Counted from the whole stretch's first letter, positions 1 to 12,209 are shown. The stretch is 63,276 nt of DNA, filler included, from Olpidium bornovanus S191 (GCA_017911155.1; 34 parts of 34 records of this genome joined end to end with filler, not necessarily neighbours in it); one strand, 5' to 3'. Numbers and translations are program-made. Notes: generated by a model from the letters alone, not told the origin.

Positions 1-651
1 ACTGCTAGTCAGCGAACAGCGTATTGAACCCGATGCGTTTGACGAACCCGCACGCATAGGTTCGCAGTACGCGGCGTAACAACAGGCAAAGCACAACGTC
101 CCTGGCAGAACGGTGGTCATGTCCCTGGCAGGGGTGTTTCTAGTCGGCGGTCCGCTATTTTTCCTTTTTCTGGGCTTGATGCCAGAGCGCTGGGTGGTCG
201 CAGCTTTCAAGTGTTGCCGCAAAGAGCCACCGGGCGAAGAGAAGGAAGAGAAGGAAATCGGCGCCGACAGCGGAGTGGCGTGAGCAGGGTCTTGGTGCAG
301 ATGAAATGAATTAAAACAGACACCAGGGCGCGGGACTTTAGCACGGCGCAGGTGACCCCTCTCTTTAATAACAGCACACGCAGCACACGCCTCTGTTCAA
401 GGATAGAGCGCTTGTAGAAACCAGAAGCACCAATTGAAACGTCGTCCACTTTGGAAAATCTAAGCAGCGAGCTAGTTTTTCTTGGCTTTTTTTTAAAAAA
501 AAATTTATTTGTTTTTTTGGCTTGTGTGTCGGGAAAAGACAATCCACGTGATGACGTTCGACTCGCTTTAGTGCCTTCTTCTCTGGCCACCGGGCAGCGT
601 AACCAATTTGTGAACTGGTACGCGGTTACGGCGCGATCGCTTCCGCTCCTC

Positions 652-716
652 CGGTCGCGTCGGACGGTCGCGTCGGGCGGTCGCGTCGGACGGTCGCGTC
701 GGACGGTCGCGTCGGA
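652..716. repeat. Tandem repeat, 5 x 13 bp (CGGTCGCGTCGGA)
   Basis: Five consecutive units at 652, 665, 678, 691 and 704, with one A>G substitution in unit 2. Confidence 0.95.
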
Positions 717-806
717 CGAGAGTGGCGGGTGCGTTTCTGGGTGCTACGTCCCTTGGTTGGGGCCCCAGTGTGGATTTTGTAACTTTTTGCGTTGCGGCGT
801 CGTTTT

Positions 807-844
<38 letters not shown>

Positions 845-1033
845 CCGGCGTAAAAGAAACAGCCGTCGTTTTGGACCTAATCATGGGGGGGAGGGGGAGG
901 GGGCTGGCACTGGTGCAGGTGTGTGTGTCTGTTTGTGTGTGTGTGTGTGTGTGTTTGTGGGGGGGGGTGTGTGTGTGTGTGTGTGTTTGTGGGGGGGGGG
1001 GGGGGTTAATTAAGGAAAAGGGGCGTTTCGGGG

Positions 1034-1076
<43 letters not shown>

Positions 1077-1708
1077 GGTCCCGCCGAATCTAAAACGCGA
1101 CGCGCGCGCGGGCGCTTCCCCCCCTGCTTTTCAACGCCCGGCGGGGTCTGTCGCTCTCTGCCTGCGCCCTTGATTTTGCAGCGGGAGGAGTGAGAGACAG
1201 GCGGCCGCGCGCGCGGGCAGCAAAGCAAAATAGGGAAGAGAAAGGGAGAGGGGGGCGGAAGGGTGCCCGTGTGTGGGAGGGGACGCGGAGGCAATTCGCT
1301 TGTCCTCCGAAGAGTAGGTGGGGGGGGGGATATGGAGAGAGGCACGTATGCGAAGAGGACACGCGCTAATCCTGGCAGGCCGACCTGGTCGCGGGAACAT
1401 CGTGGAAGGGGTCCCCCAACTAGAAATTCAGATCTTTGGCCGCTGGGCTTTCCCCTCTGGCGTTGCGGCGACGGAACGACTCGCAAGAAACGATGGTCCC
1501 TTTTTAGGTAGCTGTTCCACGGGCGATTGTCCTCCACGCACAAGTGTGAAGAGGCACCCTACTGCATGCTTCCCATAAAACTGAAAAAAAACGCACCGGG
1601 ATGGCACCGCAAGGAAAAGGATGTATTTGCAATCGTCGCCTCTCCTGCTCTTTTTTCTACATGACCAGGAACAAGTAAAAAAACAAAAAAAACTACCGCG
1701 ACCCGAGC

Positions 1709-2207
1709 TTATTTGTGCTCGACCGCAACGACCTTGCCAAGCATAACCGCGGAATTGCCATCGAGGAACGCGATACGAGAAAGACCCTCGCAGTTCTGGA
1801 AGGAGTCGACGACGAGGGGCTGCATGGGCTCGAAGACAACCTCGGCGGCTTCGTTCGCCTTGAGCGAGTGCGGGGACTCGAGCTTCTTGCGGCCGGTCTC
1901 CTTGCCAATCTTCCATTTGATTTCCTTGATCCGGCAAGCGGAGCGACCGCACCGAACAAAGCCAATCGGGGAGTAGCCGGGCTTGACCTCTCCAGGGATG
2001 TCAAGGGTCTGGATCTGGGCAGTAAACGACTTGACAGCTTTGATCGTGGAGTCCTCCTTGTAGATCATCACGTCACCCACTCGAGGCATGTTCTGCTTGT
2101 CAAGGCCCTTGATATTCATGCCGATGTTGTCACCGGTAATTCCCTTGTCGATCTTCTTGTGGTGCATCTCGACGGTAAAGATCTTGCCGGCGCAGGCAGT
2201 CGCGGCG
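1709..2207 (-). CDS. EFL: Elongation factor-like GTPase (EFL), 3' exon (domains II-III)
   Basis: CAGKIFTVEMHHK..GDNIGMNIKGLDKQNMPRVGDVM..FTAQIQTLDIPGEVKPGYSPIGFVRCGRSAC..HSLKANEAAEVVFEPMQPLVVDSFQNCEGLSRIAFLDGN are EFL-type signatures, distinct from canonical EF-1alpha. CAG acceptor at 2208-2210, stop at 1709. 5'-partial. Confidence 0.92.
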
Positions 2208-2237
2208 CTGTGTTTTCCAACAGGTCAAAAAGTTCCG

Positions 2238-2337
2238 NNNNNNNNNNNNNNNNNNNNNNNNNNNNNNNNNNNNNNNNNNNNTTAATTAATTAANNNNNNN
2301 NNNNNNNNNNNNNNNNNNNNNNNNNNNNNNNNNNNNN
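2238..2337. other. Artificial contig-joining spacer N44-TTAATTAATTAA-N44 (first of 33 copies)
   Basis: Identical 100-bp blocks start at 2238, 3610, 5190, 6324, 7523, 10090, 14783, 16928, 18422, 20657, 22100, 25199, 27490, 29719, 31131, 32406, 33886, 35292, 36889, 38100, 39459, 40571, 41827, 43251, 45050, 46981, 48162, 49765, 54492, 55754, 56941, 58660 and 60651. TTAATTAATTAA puts stop codons in all six frames. Confidence 0.98.
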
Positions 2338-3251
2338 GCCAGGTCTTCCAGCAGCTGACGAGGCAAAGTTGACGAAAAATTGATGTAATACGAATCATAT
2401 AGACCCTTTGCTAGATCCTGCTCCGCGTGAATCACTTTCCCCAGTTAACAATTTCATGAAGGCGTGCGAGGGAATTTGGCATTCTTTTCCCCTCGCCCCA
2501 AGATGCCGTAAAAAGCACGCGGCAGGTTATTCCCCCGATGTTCGCCCACCTCTCCTACTCTTCTGATGTTCGCTGCTGTCGGCTCCACAAAGTATATCGC
2601 GGGTACGTCGGTGACAGGGACCCGAGCGGAGTCAAGGAGCCTACGTTTTGCAAGCAAAACGATTAGTCAACATCTAAGAAACAGAAAGGGTTTGCGATGC
2701 AGACTGGGAAGCGCCAAGCAAAAGGATCGACGCACATACGGACAGCACTTTCACAATCGGACGTACAGGTGTAACGTGACGCCGTTTTCACGCAAATCGT
2801 TCACCCGGAGAAGAGAGCTGACGACGTCCTGGCAATAGCGGTCAAAGACTAGCACCTTCCAGATCGGCTCCGATATTGCGGCGTGGTCGCCGGCGGCGCC
2901 AGCGTCCTGCGAGTCCGCGTTCAGGTTCAGCATGCGCAATACAGCCGCTGGAAAGTGGTAACCGGCGGTCAGAAAAGACTCCGTTCGTTCAAAAACTGTT
3001 CGCAGCAGGCATGCAGGCTCGACGGCCGCACCCTCACCAGCAGCTGCCTTACCAGTCTGCCGATCTCGCAAGGAAACGTCGGTTAAATCAGTCAGCGCGC
3101 TCGCGCCGCCCAGAAGCGCCGCGTCCGCGCCGGAGGCGGCCGCAGTGGGCATCCCCCCAACGGCTGGGGTAAGGGAGCCGCCAGCCTGCGACGAGCTCTG
3201 CCTGTTGTAGAGAGTGTGGTACGGCGACGTCGACCGAGCAGAGCTCGACAT
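2338..3251 (-). CDS. SLY1: Sec1/Munc18-family protein Sly1, 5' part (4 exons)
   Basis: Exons 3251-3053, 2947-2767, 2640-2550 and 2417-2338 have GT/AG ends and splice to SLRDRQT/AAVLRMLNLN..IWKVLVFDRYCQDVVSSLLRVNDLRENGVTLHL/LLDSARVPVTDVPAIYFVEPT../DLAKGLYDSYYINFSSTLPRQLLEDLA. Confidence 0.93.
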
Positions 3252-3464
3252 GGTTGCGCAAGTCTCGGGCGATACAAACAGCACTGCAGCCAGCGGCCTG
3301 TTTGTTAGCTTTCAACCGCGTCGGCAGCGGGGCGGTGCGAGAAAACTCGGCCAGGAACGGTCGGCTTTATCTGGTTCCCTCGGTCCGCGCGCCAGGACGG
3401 GGCTTCGACAGGAAAAGAAAATGTACGGGGACGCTCTTCCGCACAAGGGAATTGGCGGAGCCAA

Positions 3465-3510
<46 letters not shown>

Positions 3511-3880
3511 AAAAAACCGCATGAAAAAATGAAAAAGGATAAAAAACATGAAAAAACACAAAAAAAAAAGAAAAAATAGAAGACAAATCATAAAAAAAAG
3601 GGGGGAAGANNNNNNNNNNNNNNNNNNNNNNNNNNNNNNNNNNNNNNNNNNNNTTAATTAATTAANNNNNNNNNNNNNNNNNNNNNNNNNNNNNNNNNNN
3701 NNNNNNNNNCATGGTGAGCGCCACTGGTTCCCGGGAGGGACGATCGCTCCGCCTACGCACCCCAAACTTAAAGGAAAGGCAGATTATCATTGTGAGTCAC
3801 CCAACGCTTGGTTGCAGATCGAGGGCAAGTGCGGCCGACGAAATCGGCCTTTACCGTGCCGGCAAGGGAAGATTGCTCAC

Positions 3881-5005
3881 TTTGGCGGCAGTGTACACCG
3901 GGGCCGGCGCGAAAGGAAATAAGCCGGCCGTCGAAGCAACGTTGACGACTACACCTCCTGCCTTCGAATCGATGAACTGGAAGGCCAGGCGTGTCCCTTC
4001 GATCACGGCGGCGAGGTCAACGTTGAGGACATTGCGCCATTTTCCTGGTGGCGGCGGTGGGCGTTACAAACGGCCGTCACCAGATAGGCTCCCGTCACCG
4101 CTGGCGCGAACCGCGACCCGCGCTCTCACCGGCATCGTCGGTGGATAATCTCGTCTTCTCCGCGATCCCCGCGTTATTGACAACGACCTGTCGACAGTTT
4201 CGGGGCGACTTCAAGATTTCGGACTTCATCCGCGGCCCCCAAGGCCGCCACCCGCCGCGAGATCCGCCCGCCACCCACGTGTACGGCACCAAACTCCCGC
4301 AAGCCAAACTCGAAAAGACCGCGCAAAGCCGTAAAGTCCGTCACGTCGCAGGCTCGGAAAACGGCCGTCTTCGACCCCGCCCTGCGGCGACCACCGTTTG
4401 CGCCGGATGGGGGAGGGAGGGGCGGGGGTCGGGGAGCCGCGTTTGCGCGAAAAGGCTGGGCCTGAGACTTCGTTTTTTTTTTTCGCCGCGCGGCGCCCGC
4501 GGAGCTACGCCGCAGCGCGACGCCGGGGTGGACAGCACGGCGGTCGCGGCGGACCGCCGGGGCCCTTTTTTTCGTACCCGCGGTTCAGCGCGGACGCAAA
4601 CTCGGCTCCCCTCTGCTCGTCGATGTCGCCTAGAACGAGCTTCCCCCCTTTCGCCGCGACGCGCGCGGCGAGCGCGGTGCCGAAACCGCCGGTGGCTCCT
4701 GCCCCGGCAGCGGAGTGGGAAAAGGTGGGGGGTTGGGGGGGGGGGGGGGGAAGGGGGGGCGGGGGGGGGGGGGTAAGGTTCCCGGGGCGGCCGGGGGGGG
4801 AAAGCGCGGCGGGGGGGAGGAGGGGGGGGGGGGGGGGGGGGGGGGAAGAAGAGGAGGCGCGGTGGCGCGGTGTTAAGTTTCCCGGGACGGCCGGCGGGGA
4901 ACAGCGCGCGCGGGGCATTGCTGCGCCGGCGACGCGAACCGGAAAGCGGTCCTTTCTCGCGCGCGCACCGGTGATCAGGACAGTCTTGTTCTTGACGTCG
5001 TACAT
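3881..5005 (-). CDS. Classical short-chain dehydrogenase/reductase (15-PGDH-like), multi-exon, 3'-partial
   Basis: MYDVKNKTVLITG/ATGGFGTALA (Rossmann TGxxxGxG split by an intron), DVTD, VVNNAGIAE, VVVNVASTAG and catalytic YTAAK (YxxxK). Confidence 0.85.
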
Positions 5006-5289
5006 CGTGCGCGTGTGAACTTGGGGAGGACGGCGGGTTCCCTTCCGTCTCCGAAGGTTTTCTTCGCTCGGAGTTGCGTCGTGTGTCTCCCGAGCGGGCC
5101 CGGAAGTCTCCTGAGCATGGCCCACTTGGCACGCTGCGAAAATCCGGACGGTCGCCCGGTTGTCGGAGGTGAGTTTCGGGAATTCATGANNNNNNNNNNN
5201 NNNNNNNNNNNNNNNNNNNNNNNNNNNNNNNNNTTAATTAATTAANNNNNNNNNNNNNNNNNNNNNNNNNNNNNNNNNNNNNNNNNNNN

Positions 5290-6177
5290 ACAACAATATT
5301 TTGGAGGCCATAAAGGCGTGGCTGGAACCACTTCCGGATGGATCTCTCCCCTCTCTGGATATTGTTTCGCATCTTTTTGAGGTTTTAAACAAGGTGAGGT
5401 GTGTGCCATGAAACTTCATAATTTTCTTCCACTTATTCCGCCGTCATGTTTCATTTTTACTTGAACGCCAATGTCTGCTTCAGATGCCAATCATCACGGA
5501 CAACCTCCGGGAGTCAGGCCTTGGACGTGTGATTAAATTCTACACTTTGGTGCCCGAGGAGCGGATATCCAGCAAATTGCATCGGCAGGCCGAGCTCCTA
5601 GTGGCCAAGTGGACACGTCCGATCATGCAGCGGTCCGCAAACTACCGGGACCGCCACATCCGACGCGCCGATGAGGCGGCTGGTGCCAACACCAACAGCG
5701 GCCCCGCTGCGCAGGAAATGTCCTCGCCCAGTAGGCGTCCCAGCCAGGCGTCGTCTGGGAACCGGCCAGTGTCTGGAGGTTTTCAGTCGGCTGCCGTGGA
5801 CGTGTTTGCCAAGCGGCCTGCCCATAGCAGATCGTGGAAAGGCCTTCTCCCTCAGCCTGTCGCCCCGCACTACAGGGTTGCCCCGCCTAACCAAGTCGAT
5901 GAGGCGTTGGTCCGGAGGTCTCGGGTATGTAGTCGATTAGCTAGCGTGGGTTTTGGGTGTTTCTGGGGCTCTGTTTTCCCGGAGGTGCTGTTTTTTACCA
6001 CTTCCTTTTTTTGCGGGGGAATTTTTTTTTCTTTTTTCGAATTCGTTCCCCCCCGCCGGTTAACCCACAATTTGCCTTTGCTCGCTGCTGTAGGATGCTC
6101 ATGACCACAACAAGAGATACGACAAAATTATCCGCGGCTCGCAAGCGAAGAGCCACGGCCGACAGAAGGCGGGATGA
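5290..6177 (+). CDS. IWS1: Transcription factor Iws1/Spn1, C-terminal TFIIS-N-like domain
   Basis: NNILEAIKAWLEPLPDGSLPSLDI (5290-5393, GTGAG donor), then MPIITDNLRESGLGRVIKFY..AELLVAKWTRPI. Last exon about 6093-6177 ends in TGA. Confidence 0.88.
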
Positions 6178-6609
6178 ACGCTTGCCGACTTCACAAGCGC
6201 CCCATGGTTTGCTCCTCTGCGCTTGGTCGTTGTCCAGCTTACCAATTTCTCGGTGTTCCCTGTGGGAATTGCGTTCCCTTAATGTGTGGTATTTGTTTTT
6301 GGCGGTATTGTCACGTTGCTTATNNNNNNNNNNNNNNNNNNNNNNNNNNNNNNNNNNNNNNNNNNNNTTAATTAATTAANNNNNNNNNNNNNNNNNNNNN
6401 NNNNNNNNNNNNNNNNNNNNNNNGGCATTACTGCAACTCGGATATCACCGTGACGGTTGCCCCTCCAGCCACCCGAGGTTGACACGATATCAACAGCGAA
6501 GCCAATTCGCAAAATTTTCCGTCCGGCTGTGCCAACGGCAGGAGTCACGTGTCTTTGTCGCCGTACCTGCCCGGAGCGGAACCTTAACCGCGAGTGGCCC
6601 CAAGGCGTG

Positions 6610-6771
6610 CAAAATCTGTAAATACATGCTCCTGATAGCCACTTTAGTAAAATAATAGTGTAGTCGCTGTCCCTGCCGTGAGAACATCGTTACTTTTGTG
6701 GGTGGCCACAACGCATGCAAAAATCTGTAGATACATGCTCCTGATAACCCTTTAGCCTCAGTAATAGTGTA
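6610..6771. repeat. Imperfect direct repeat, 2 x about 53 bp, 109-bp period
   Basis: AAAATCTGTAAATACATGCTCCTGATAGCC...TAATAGTGTA (about 6611) versus AAAATCTGTAGATACATGCTCCTGATAACC...TAATAGTGTA (about 6720). Confidence 0.8.
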
Positions 6772-7457
6772 CGGAAGAATAGGCCTTGATGGGAAATCAC
6801 TTTTGCTTTTCGCTCCAGGCGTGCCAGCTTGGGTCGACCTGTGCCGTCGATAATATCACGACCACAAGCGTCGTTCAAGCCGCGTAATTCATTGAATTTC
6901 GAGAGACTCACATGGGAAGTTTGGTGTGAGCGCGGGCGAAGTAACATACCATCGCTGGAAGGGAGCGTGTAGAACACTCGTCGTCGGTGTGGTGTTCAAA
7001 CCTTGCTGGTTTCTTGTCTCACAAAATTATTCCGCGACGGATATGGCGCAAAACCGACGGAGCAAAGGAAAAAGCGCCGGCAATGCCGGAAGCCGGCAAA
7101 AAAGAAAAAAAACCAGTGAAGGAGTTTGGGGAAGAGATGGAGAAGCCGGCGGTTGACCATCCTGCCGATGCCGAACAAACGATGTGCGCCCGCGTCAGCG
7201 GAATTTATTATTATTTCTATAATTTTTTTTTTTTGTTTCGGCGAGCCTGTCGAAGCGCCTTTCAATGGTGGAAGAAAGCGAAGGTTTGGGAAGGACTCAG
7301 AATGCGCTGTAACTGTTCGAGGATTGGCTGAGGAGAGGGTTCCTTTCGTGTCCGCTCCTCGAAAAATTGGGGAACATCATACGCGAGGAGGGGCTGTGGT
7401 GCCCGTCGTCGGATGCGGCACGGAGAACGAAGGAAAAATATGGCACGCGCTCCTTCC

Positions 7458-7503
<46 letters not shown>

Positions 7504-8132
7504 CCGCCCCCGCCCCCCCCCCNNNNNNNNNNNNNNNNNNNNNNNNNNNNNNNNNNNNNNNNNNNNTTAATTAATTAANNNNNNNNNNNNNNNNNNNNNN
7601 NNNNNNNNNNNNNNNNNNNNNNGAAAGGAAAAAAAAGGGGGGGGGGGGGGGGGGGGAAGGAGAAAGCCGCTGCTCTCGACCCAGTGTCCCCCCACACTCG
7701 GGGGTGCACGAGAGCTACTGGTGTTGACGGAGGGGTAGCAGCCATCGTCGTTGACCCTGAACCACACTGACTTGTGCACGCGCGCACGCGCACGCGTCCA
7801 TAGACATTATCATGTCTCGCGTCACCGGCATCCCAAACAGCCCGTTTCCGACGCAGAATCTCACACGGCGCGAGGCACCCCCCCCCCGCGGCCCCTTCTT
7901 ACTTCGCGGTTTTGAGACGGGGTCGTAAACTGTTCGTTTGGATTTTTTTGCCGCTGCTGGGGAAAGGGTGGGAGGGGTGTGCCCGCGAGAGGCGTAATTA
8001 ACCTGCTCTCCGCGCCGGGCGGGTATTTTAGCCCCGGAAACGGGCTGTGTTGGCGGCAACCCCACCCCCTCCCCCGGCGCAAAAGGAAACAAACAACCCT
8101 TTTGTTTGTGGGGGGAGGCCGATCGGGTTGGC

Positions 8133-9341
8133 CTACTGAGCGCACGCCAGTTCGCCGGGCGCGGGCGGTGCGCGCCCGCCAGCCTCCTCTTGGTTCCCGC
8201 TCCGCGCCCGGAGCTCCTCGGAGTGCGCGCGCTCTCGCGGGTCTCGGCCTCCCGAGTCCGGTGCGCCGCTGCTCAGCGCGATGAGGTCGCCGAAGCTGAC
8301 GGCGCTGCGGAGCTCGACGAGCGGGAGGCGTCCTTTCGGCCCGCCCGACGCGACGCCCCCGGCGCGCGCCGACGACGCAGGGCCCAGCGGCGCGGCGGCG
8401 GCGGCGGCGGCCGGGCTCGCGACGGAATTTAGGCTCCGCGCGTCGGGCGGCCGGCCGCCCGGGTTCCGGGGGACGGCGGCGGCGGCGGCGGCGGCGGCGG
8501 CGTCCCTGGCGGCCGGGCCCCGCGGTCCGGGTAGGACCCCGTCCGACACGTCGACGTCGACGAACGCGCCGCCGCCTTCCGCGTCGGCGCGCGCCGCGTG
8601 CCCTCCTCCTTCCGCCGCGCCCGGCGGTTCTTCGCGCCCCGGGTTCCCGTCCGCCTCCTTCCCGAACAGCCGCCGCCGCCCCTCTGCGCCGGAGGAGCTC
8701 GAGCGCTCGCGGGGCTTGAAAGCGAAGTTCTCCAGGGCGGCGCCGAGGCTCTTCCGTCTGGAAGCTGCCGCCGCCGCGCCACTCGCACCCGGCGGGGCCA
8801 GGAGGGAACCGGCGGAGGCGGTGCCGAAATCGGCAGCCCCGTCCTTGGACCGGCCCCCGCTGCTGCCACCGCCGCTGAGGAACTCGGGTCGGGACTTGAC
8901 ACCCTTGCCCTTGCCCAGTTCCGACAGCCGCGCGGTGCTCTCGCGCAACTTGGCCGTCTTTTCGAGGGCCAGCGCCTTTGCTCTCGCAAACGCCGACGCG
9001 GGAGGCGGCACCCCATCCGGCCGGTGATGGCCGAGGCGGTCGGCGTCCGCGCCGCCGCCGCCGTCGACCGGTCCCACCAGTGACGACGCGGAGGCGCTGG
9101 AGGTGAAAAGCGTGGCCGGCACGTGGTCGGGGTCCGGCGGCGGGGAGCACGGGTTCTCGTGCGCACCCGAGCTCTGGCTCGGCGGCGGCGGCGCCACCGG
9201 GCTTGCAGGCGGCATCGTCCGACGGCCCCGCCCTCTTGAGGCTGGCGGCGTTTTCCCGCGCTCGCCGTCGCTTCTCTTCCCTTTTTTTTTTTTTTTTTTT
9301 TTGTGAGAATCTGCTCGAAGCCGGCTGGCGCGGACCTGCAC
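8133..9341 (-). CDS. Hypothetical low-complexity (Ala/Gly/Ser/Pro-rich) protein exon(s)
   Basis: Long GC-rich ORF with some ordered-looking segments (FARAKALALEKTAKLRESTARL, RRKSLGAALENFAFKPRERS). No family recognised; true boundaries unknown. Confidence 0.3.
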   Translation of the reverse strand: MQVRASRLRADSHKKKKKKKGKRSDGERGKTPPASRGRGRRTMPPASPVAPPPPSQSSGAHENPCSPPPDPDHVPATLFTSSASASSLVGPVDGGGGADADRLGHHRPDGVPPPASAFARAKALALEKTAKLRESTARLSELGKGKGVKSRPEFLSGGGSSGGRSKDGAADFGTASAGSLLAPPGASGAAAAASRRKSLGAALENFAFKPRERSSSSGAEGRRRLFGKEADGNPGREEPPGAAEGGGHAARADAEGGGAFVDVDVSDGVLPGPRGPAARDAAAAAAAAAVPRNPGGRPPDARSLNSVASPAAAAAAAPLGPASSARAGGVASGGPKGRLPLVELRSAVSFGDLIALSSGAPDSGGRDPRERAHSEELRARSGNQEEAGGRAPPAPGELACAQ

Positions 9342-10276
9342 GTGAGATCACGTGATGATTGAGCAGGTTACAGAGGGCGGGGGCCGTGAAATAAAAGAAG
9401 GTAACGCCCGGCCGGGCGGAAAGGAACGATAACGCTTGTACGGGATACACCCGAACAAGAACGGCCGTCTTCTCAACCGCCAACCGCGCGGCGCTCCTCG
9501 CCTTCGCAACTCCGTCGCCATCTCAAAGCTCTACCGCGCCATCTTTTTGCGTGTTGCGCTCCTCATTTTTCTCGTTTGGCCATCCTCAGACGTGTCCGCT
9601 TTTACCTGTGATCGCACTCCCTTGGGGGAAAGGGGGGGGGGGGGGGCGTTCCCCCTTTTCCAGGGGAGCCGTCCCAGCCCACCGGTGAATGGCTCATTGA
9701 AGAGCAGGTCGGAAGCCAGCGAACGCATCAGCGAGCACATCTGCTTCGGCAATCGTACCAGGGAGTTTGGCGAGCAACCCGGCGATGACGCCGCCTTCGG
9801 CAGGGGCGCCGGCAGGCGCGCGAGCTTTGGCAGCAAGCGGATCAGTTTTGGCGGCAAGCGCGCCAGTTTTGGTATTTTGGGATGTCGAGACGGCTAGCGT
9901 CAAGACAAGCGGCAACACTGCCAGTCCACAGATCAGGTCCACGCGGACGCCATGTTCCCCTTGATTTCCATGATTGCCTTTCTGACCCGCATTCGCGTCA
10001 CAGGCTAATTTCTACTGCCAAGGCCACTTCCAGCGGCGTCAAGGTCGTTTTTTTTTGATGCGAAAGCCTGCCTTCTCATTTACAACGGCNNNNNNNNNNN
10101 NNNNNNNNNNNNNNNNNNNNNNNNNNNNNNNNNTTAATTAATTAANNNNNNNNNNNNNNNNNNNNNNNNNNNNNNNNNNNNNNNNNNNNGAAAGGGGAGG
10201 GGGGGTTGGTCTGGTATGTAAACTGCGCATAAACGAAAAAATTTCCCGACCTGCTAAAACCCTGGCAACAGAATTC

Positions 10277-12209
10277 ATGCCCGCAGCGCACGCAGCTGCT
10301 GCGCTGACCGCATCCGCTGCGGCGCGCCGGCGGGCCCGCCACGCGGCTGCCGCGCTCCTGCCGCCCGTGCTGCCCTACCTGCCGCGGCATACCTGTCCCT
10401 TGCGGTCCGCGGTGTCCCCCTCCCTGCCGGAAGCAAACGCTGCCGCTGGTGTCCTTCCCGAGCCTTTCCCGGCCTCACACTGGAAAGCGACGCTGCAGCG
10501 CGGTGCGAAGTGCCTCCTGGTCCCGACGGAAGCGGCGGCGCAGGAACTGGTGGATGTCATCGGCCAGGAGCGGTTCAACGGCGCCACTGTCGTGAACCTG
10601 AACGCAGGTATGAGCGCCGTTGAGGCCCGGCGTTTTTGCTGCCGAAGCGGCGTATGCATTGAAACGTCAGGCCGTTGGTAGTCCGGTCCCTCGGAACCCT
10701 CAGAACGCCTGTTTGCGCCGTGCAGGTCCGGGAAACTTTGCGCGGTTCCTCTACAACAATACGGCTGCCAGGGTCGTTTGCGTGAACTTCGCCAACGTTT
10801 TCGACACGGAATTGCAAGTACGGCTGCGCGCTGCAAAAAGAGGAAATTTGATGTTTCTCGAGACGGAAGTCGTTTCGAGGGCGAAGGAGAACTCACGGCC
10901 CTGTTGCGCGTTTGTTTGACCCGCAGAACATGTGCGACGCGTCCAACGGTAGGATATCAAGCGTTGTCGCTAATCCTGTACATTACCTCAGGTGGCTCAG
11001 CGGCCCCTCGGACCTGGGCCACCTGGAACAACGCTCGTGGTCGGCAGGTACCGCGCGGACCCGCTTCGGTTTCTCTACAATTTGCCCGCCTGCCGCCTCT
11101 CACATGCTCATTATCATTTGTCCCAATGCGACTCCTTAGATCGACCGCCTTTACTCGTTTTGGGTTCGAATTTCACGAGCAGTGTTCACCACACGTGCTT
11201 CCTTTGCATCGGGTTGATGACCGAGAGATCGGGAGTTTGGAAATACGGCCGGGTGCCGCTCTACTTGATCGTACCAGACGTCAATGTTAGTTCGATTGCG
11301 GGGCAGTGCTTTCTTCGAAATGGGCGCCCGGGCGCACGAACTAAAATCTCATTGTAGCTCGTTCTGCTCGTTGCTTTAATGCACATGGTTATAGGACCTG
11401 CGCCGTCTGAAAGATGATCACGGCGAGACAGCCGGCAGCCGTATGCGGGATGTGCTTCCTTTCCGGATCCTCGACTACATCGCGGACATATCGATAAGGC
11501 CGATCAGCGCGGCCTTCCACAGAATCGGGAGTTCCAGAGCAGTTGTGAGTGGTTGTGCGGAATAAGTAATCGCTGGGTATGCGCCCTGCGCCCGGCCGCG
11601 TGTTCCTCAAGCTGTCAAATTGCTGCCGTCAAATGCTTTAGCAAAACATGTATTTGGTTTCCATCGAACCCAAGCCGATCACCATCGTTCCACGTCAGTT
11701 GGAAATGTGAATCCTTCGTGTGCGAATGCGACGTGGTGTTAATCCTGCGCCTGTTGGCCAAATGTATCTTATGCCTTCTACTCGCCCACAGAAGGAGCAG
11801 CGGGTGTACTACATTATGTCATGAAATCCTTGAATCGGACTCCAAAAAAGCCATTGAGGACTGCCATAACGTATGTCCGTCTTCCGCTTGTTCTTTGAGA
11901 TGATTTTACGTAGGCCGAACTTTCCCGCGAAGCCATCTCTCGCTCTTCTTAACAACTTGACTCTCCATCCTCTTCCCCTCCCCCCTTTCCTCCTCTTCCC
12001 CTCCTCACTTTCCTCCTCTTCTCCCCGCAAACGCGGTCTCACTCACATGCAGGTCGCTTGCCGCTGGTGCCGAGTACATCCTGAGCGACTTCAGCTCGTC
12101 GCCCCACATCAGGCCGATCGACCTGACAGTGGCCCAATTGGTGGAACTCGCCCGGCTGTACGACTGCTGGCCGTTCAGGCCGCCGCTGGAGAATGCGTTC
12201 CAGGAGTGA
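10277..12209 (+). CDS. MTF1: Mitochondrial transcription factor Mtf1 / mtTFB (KsgA-like methyltransferase fold), multi-exon
   Basis: Transit-peptide-like Ala/Arg-rich N-terminus. Spliced VVNLNAG/PGNFAR (SAM-motif remnant), WKYGRVPLYL, LHYVMKSL..PL, and C-terminal SLAAGAEYIL..IDLTVAQLVELARLYDCWPFRP typical of fungal Mtf1. TGA at 12207-12209. Confidence 0.8.

Noticed and set aside
1-590. Possible minus-strand gene fragment at window start
   Set aside because: Splice-like signals are present but no frame gave a recognisable family.
1709-2207. Canonical EF-1alpha (TEF1)
   Set aside because: The motifs are EFL-type (GYSPIGFVRCGRSAC, CEGLSRIAF) and EF-1alpha hallmarks such as PLGRFAVRD are absent.
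2282-2293. TTAATTAATTAA as piggyBac TTAA target sites, PacI sites or a biological repeat
   Set aside because: It is always centred between two 44-N blocks, so it is a six-frame-stop linker. ORFs ending in XXX..LIN are artefacts.
7861-9483. Long overlapping ORFs such as 7861-9483, 8281-9027, 15545-16678, 25893-26927 and 45887-46855
   Set aside because: They are shadow or antisense frames of GC-rich coding or low-complexity DNA, and several are simply the reverse of identified genes.
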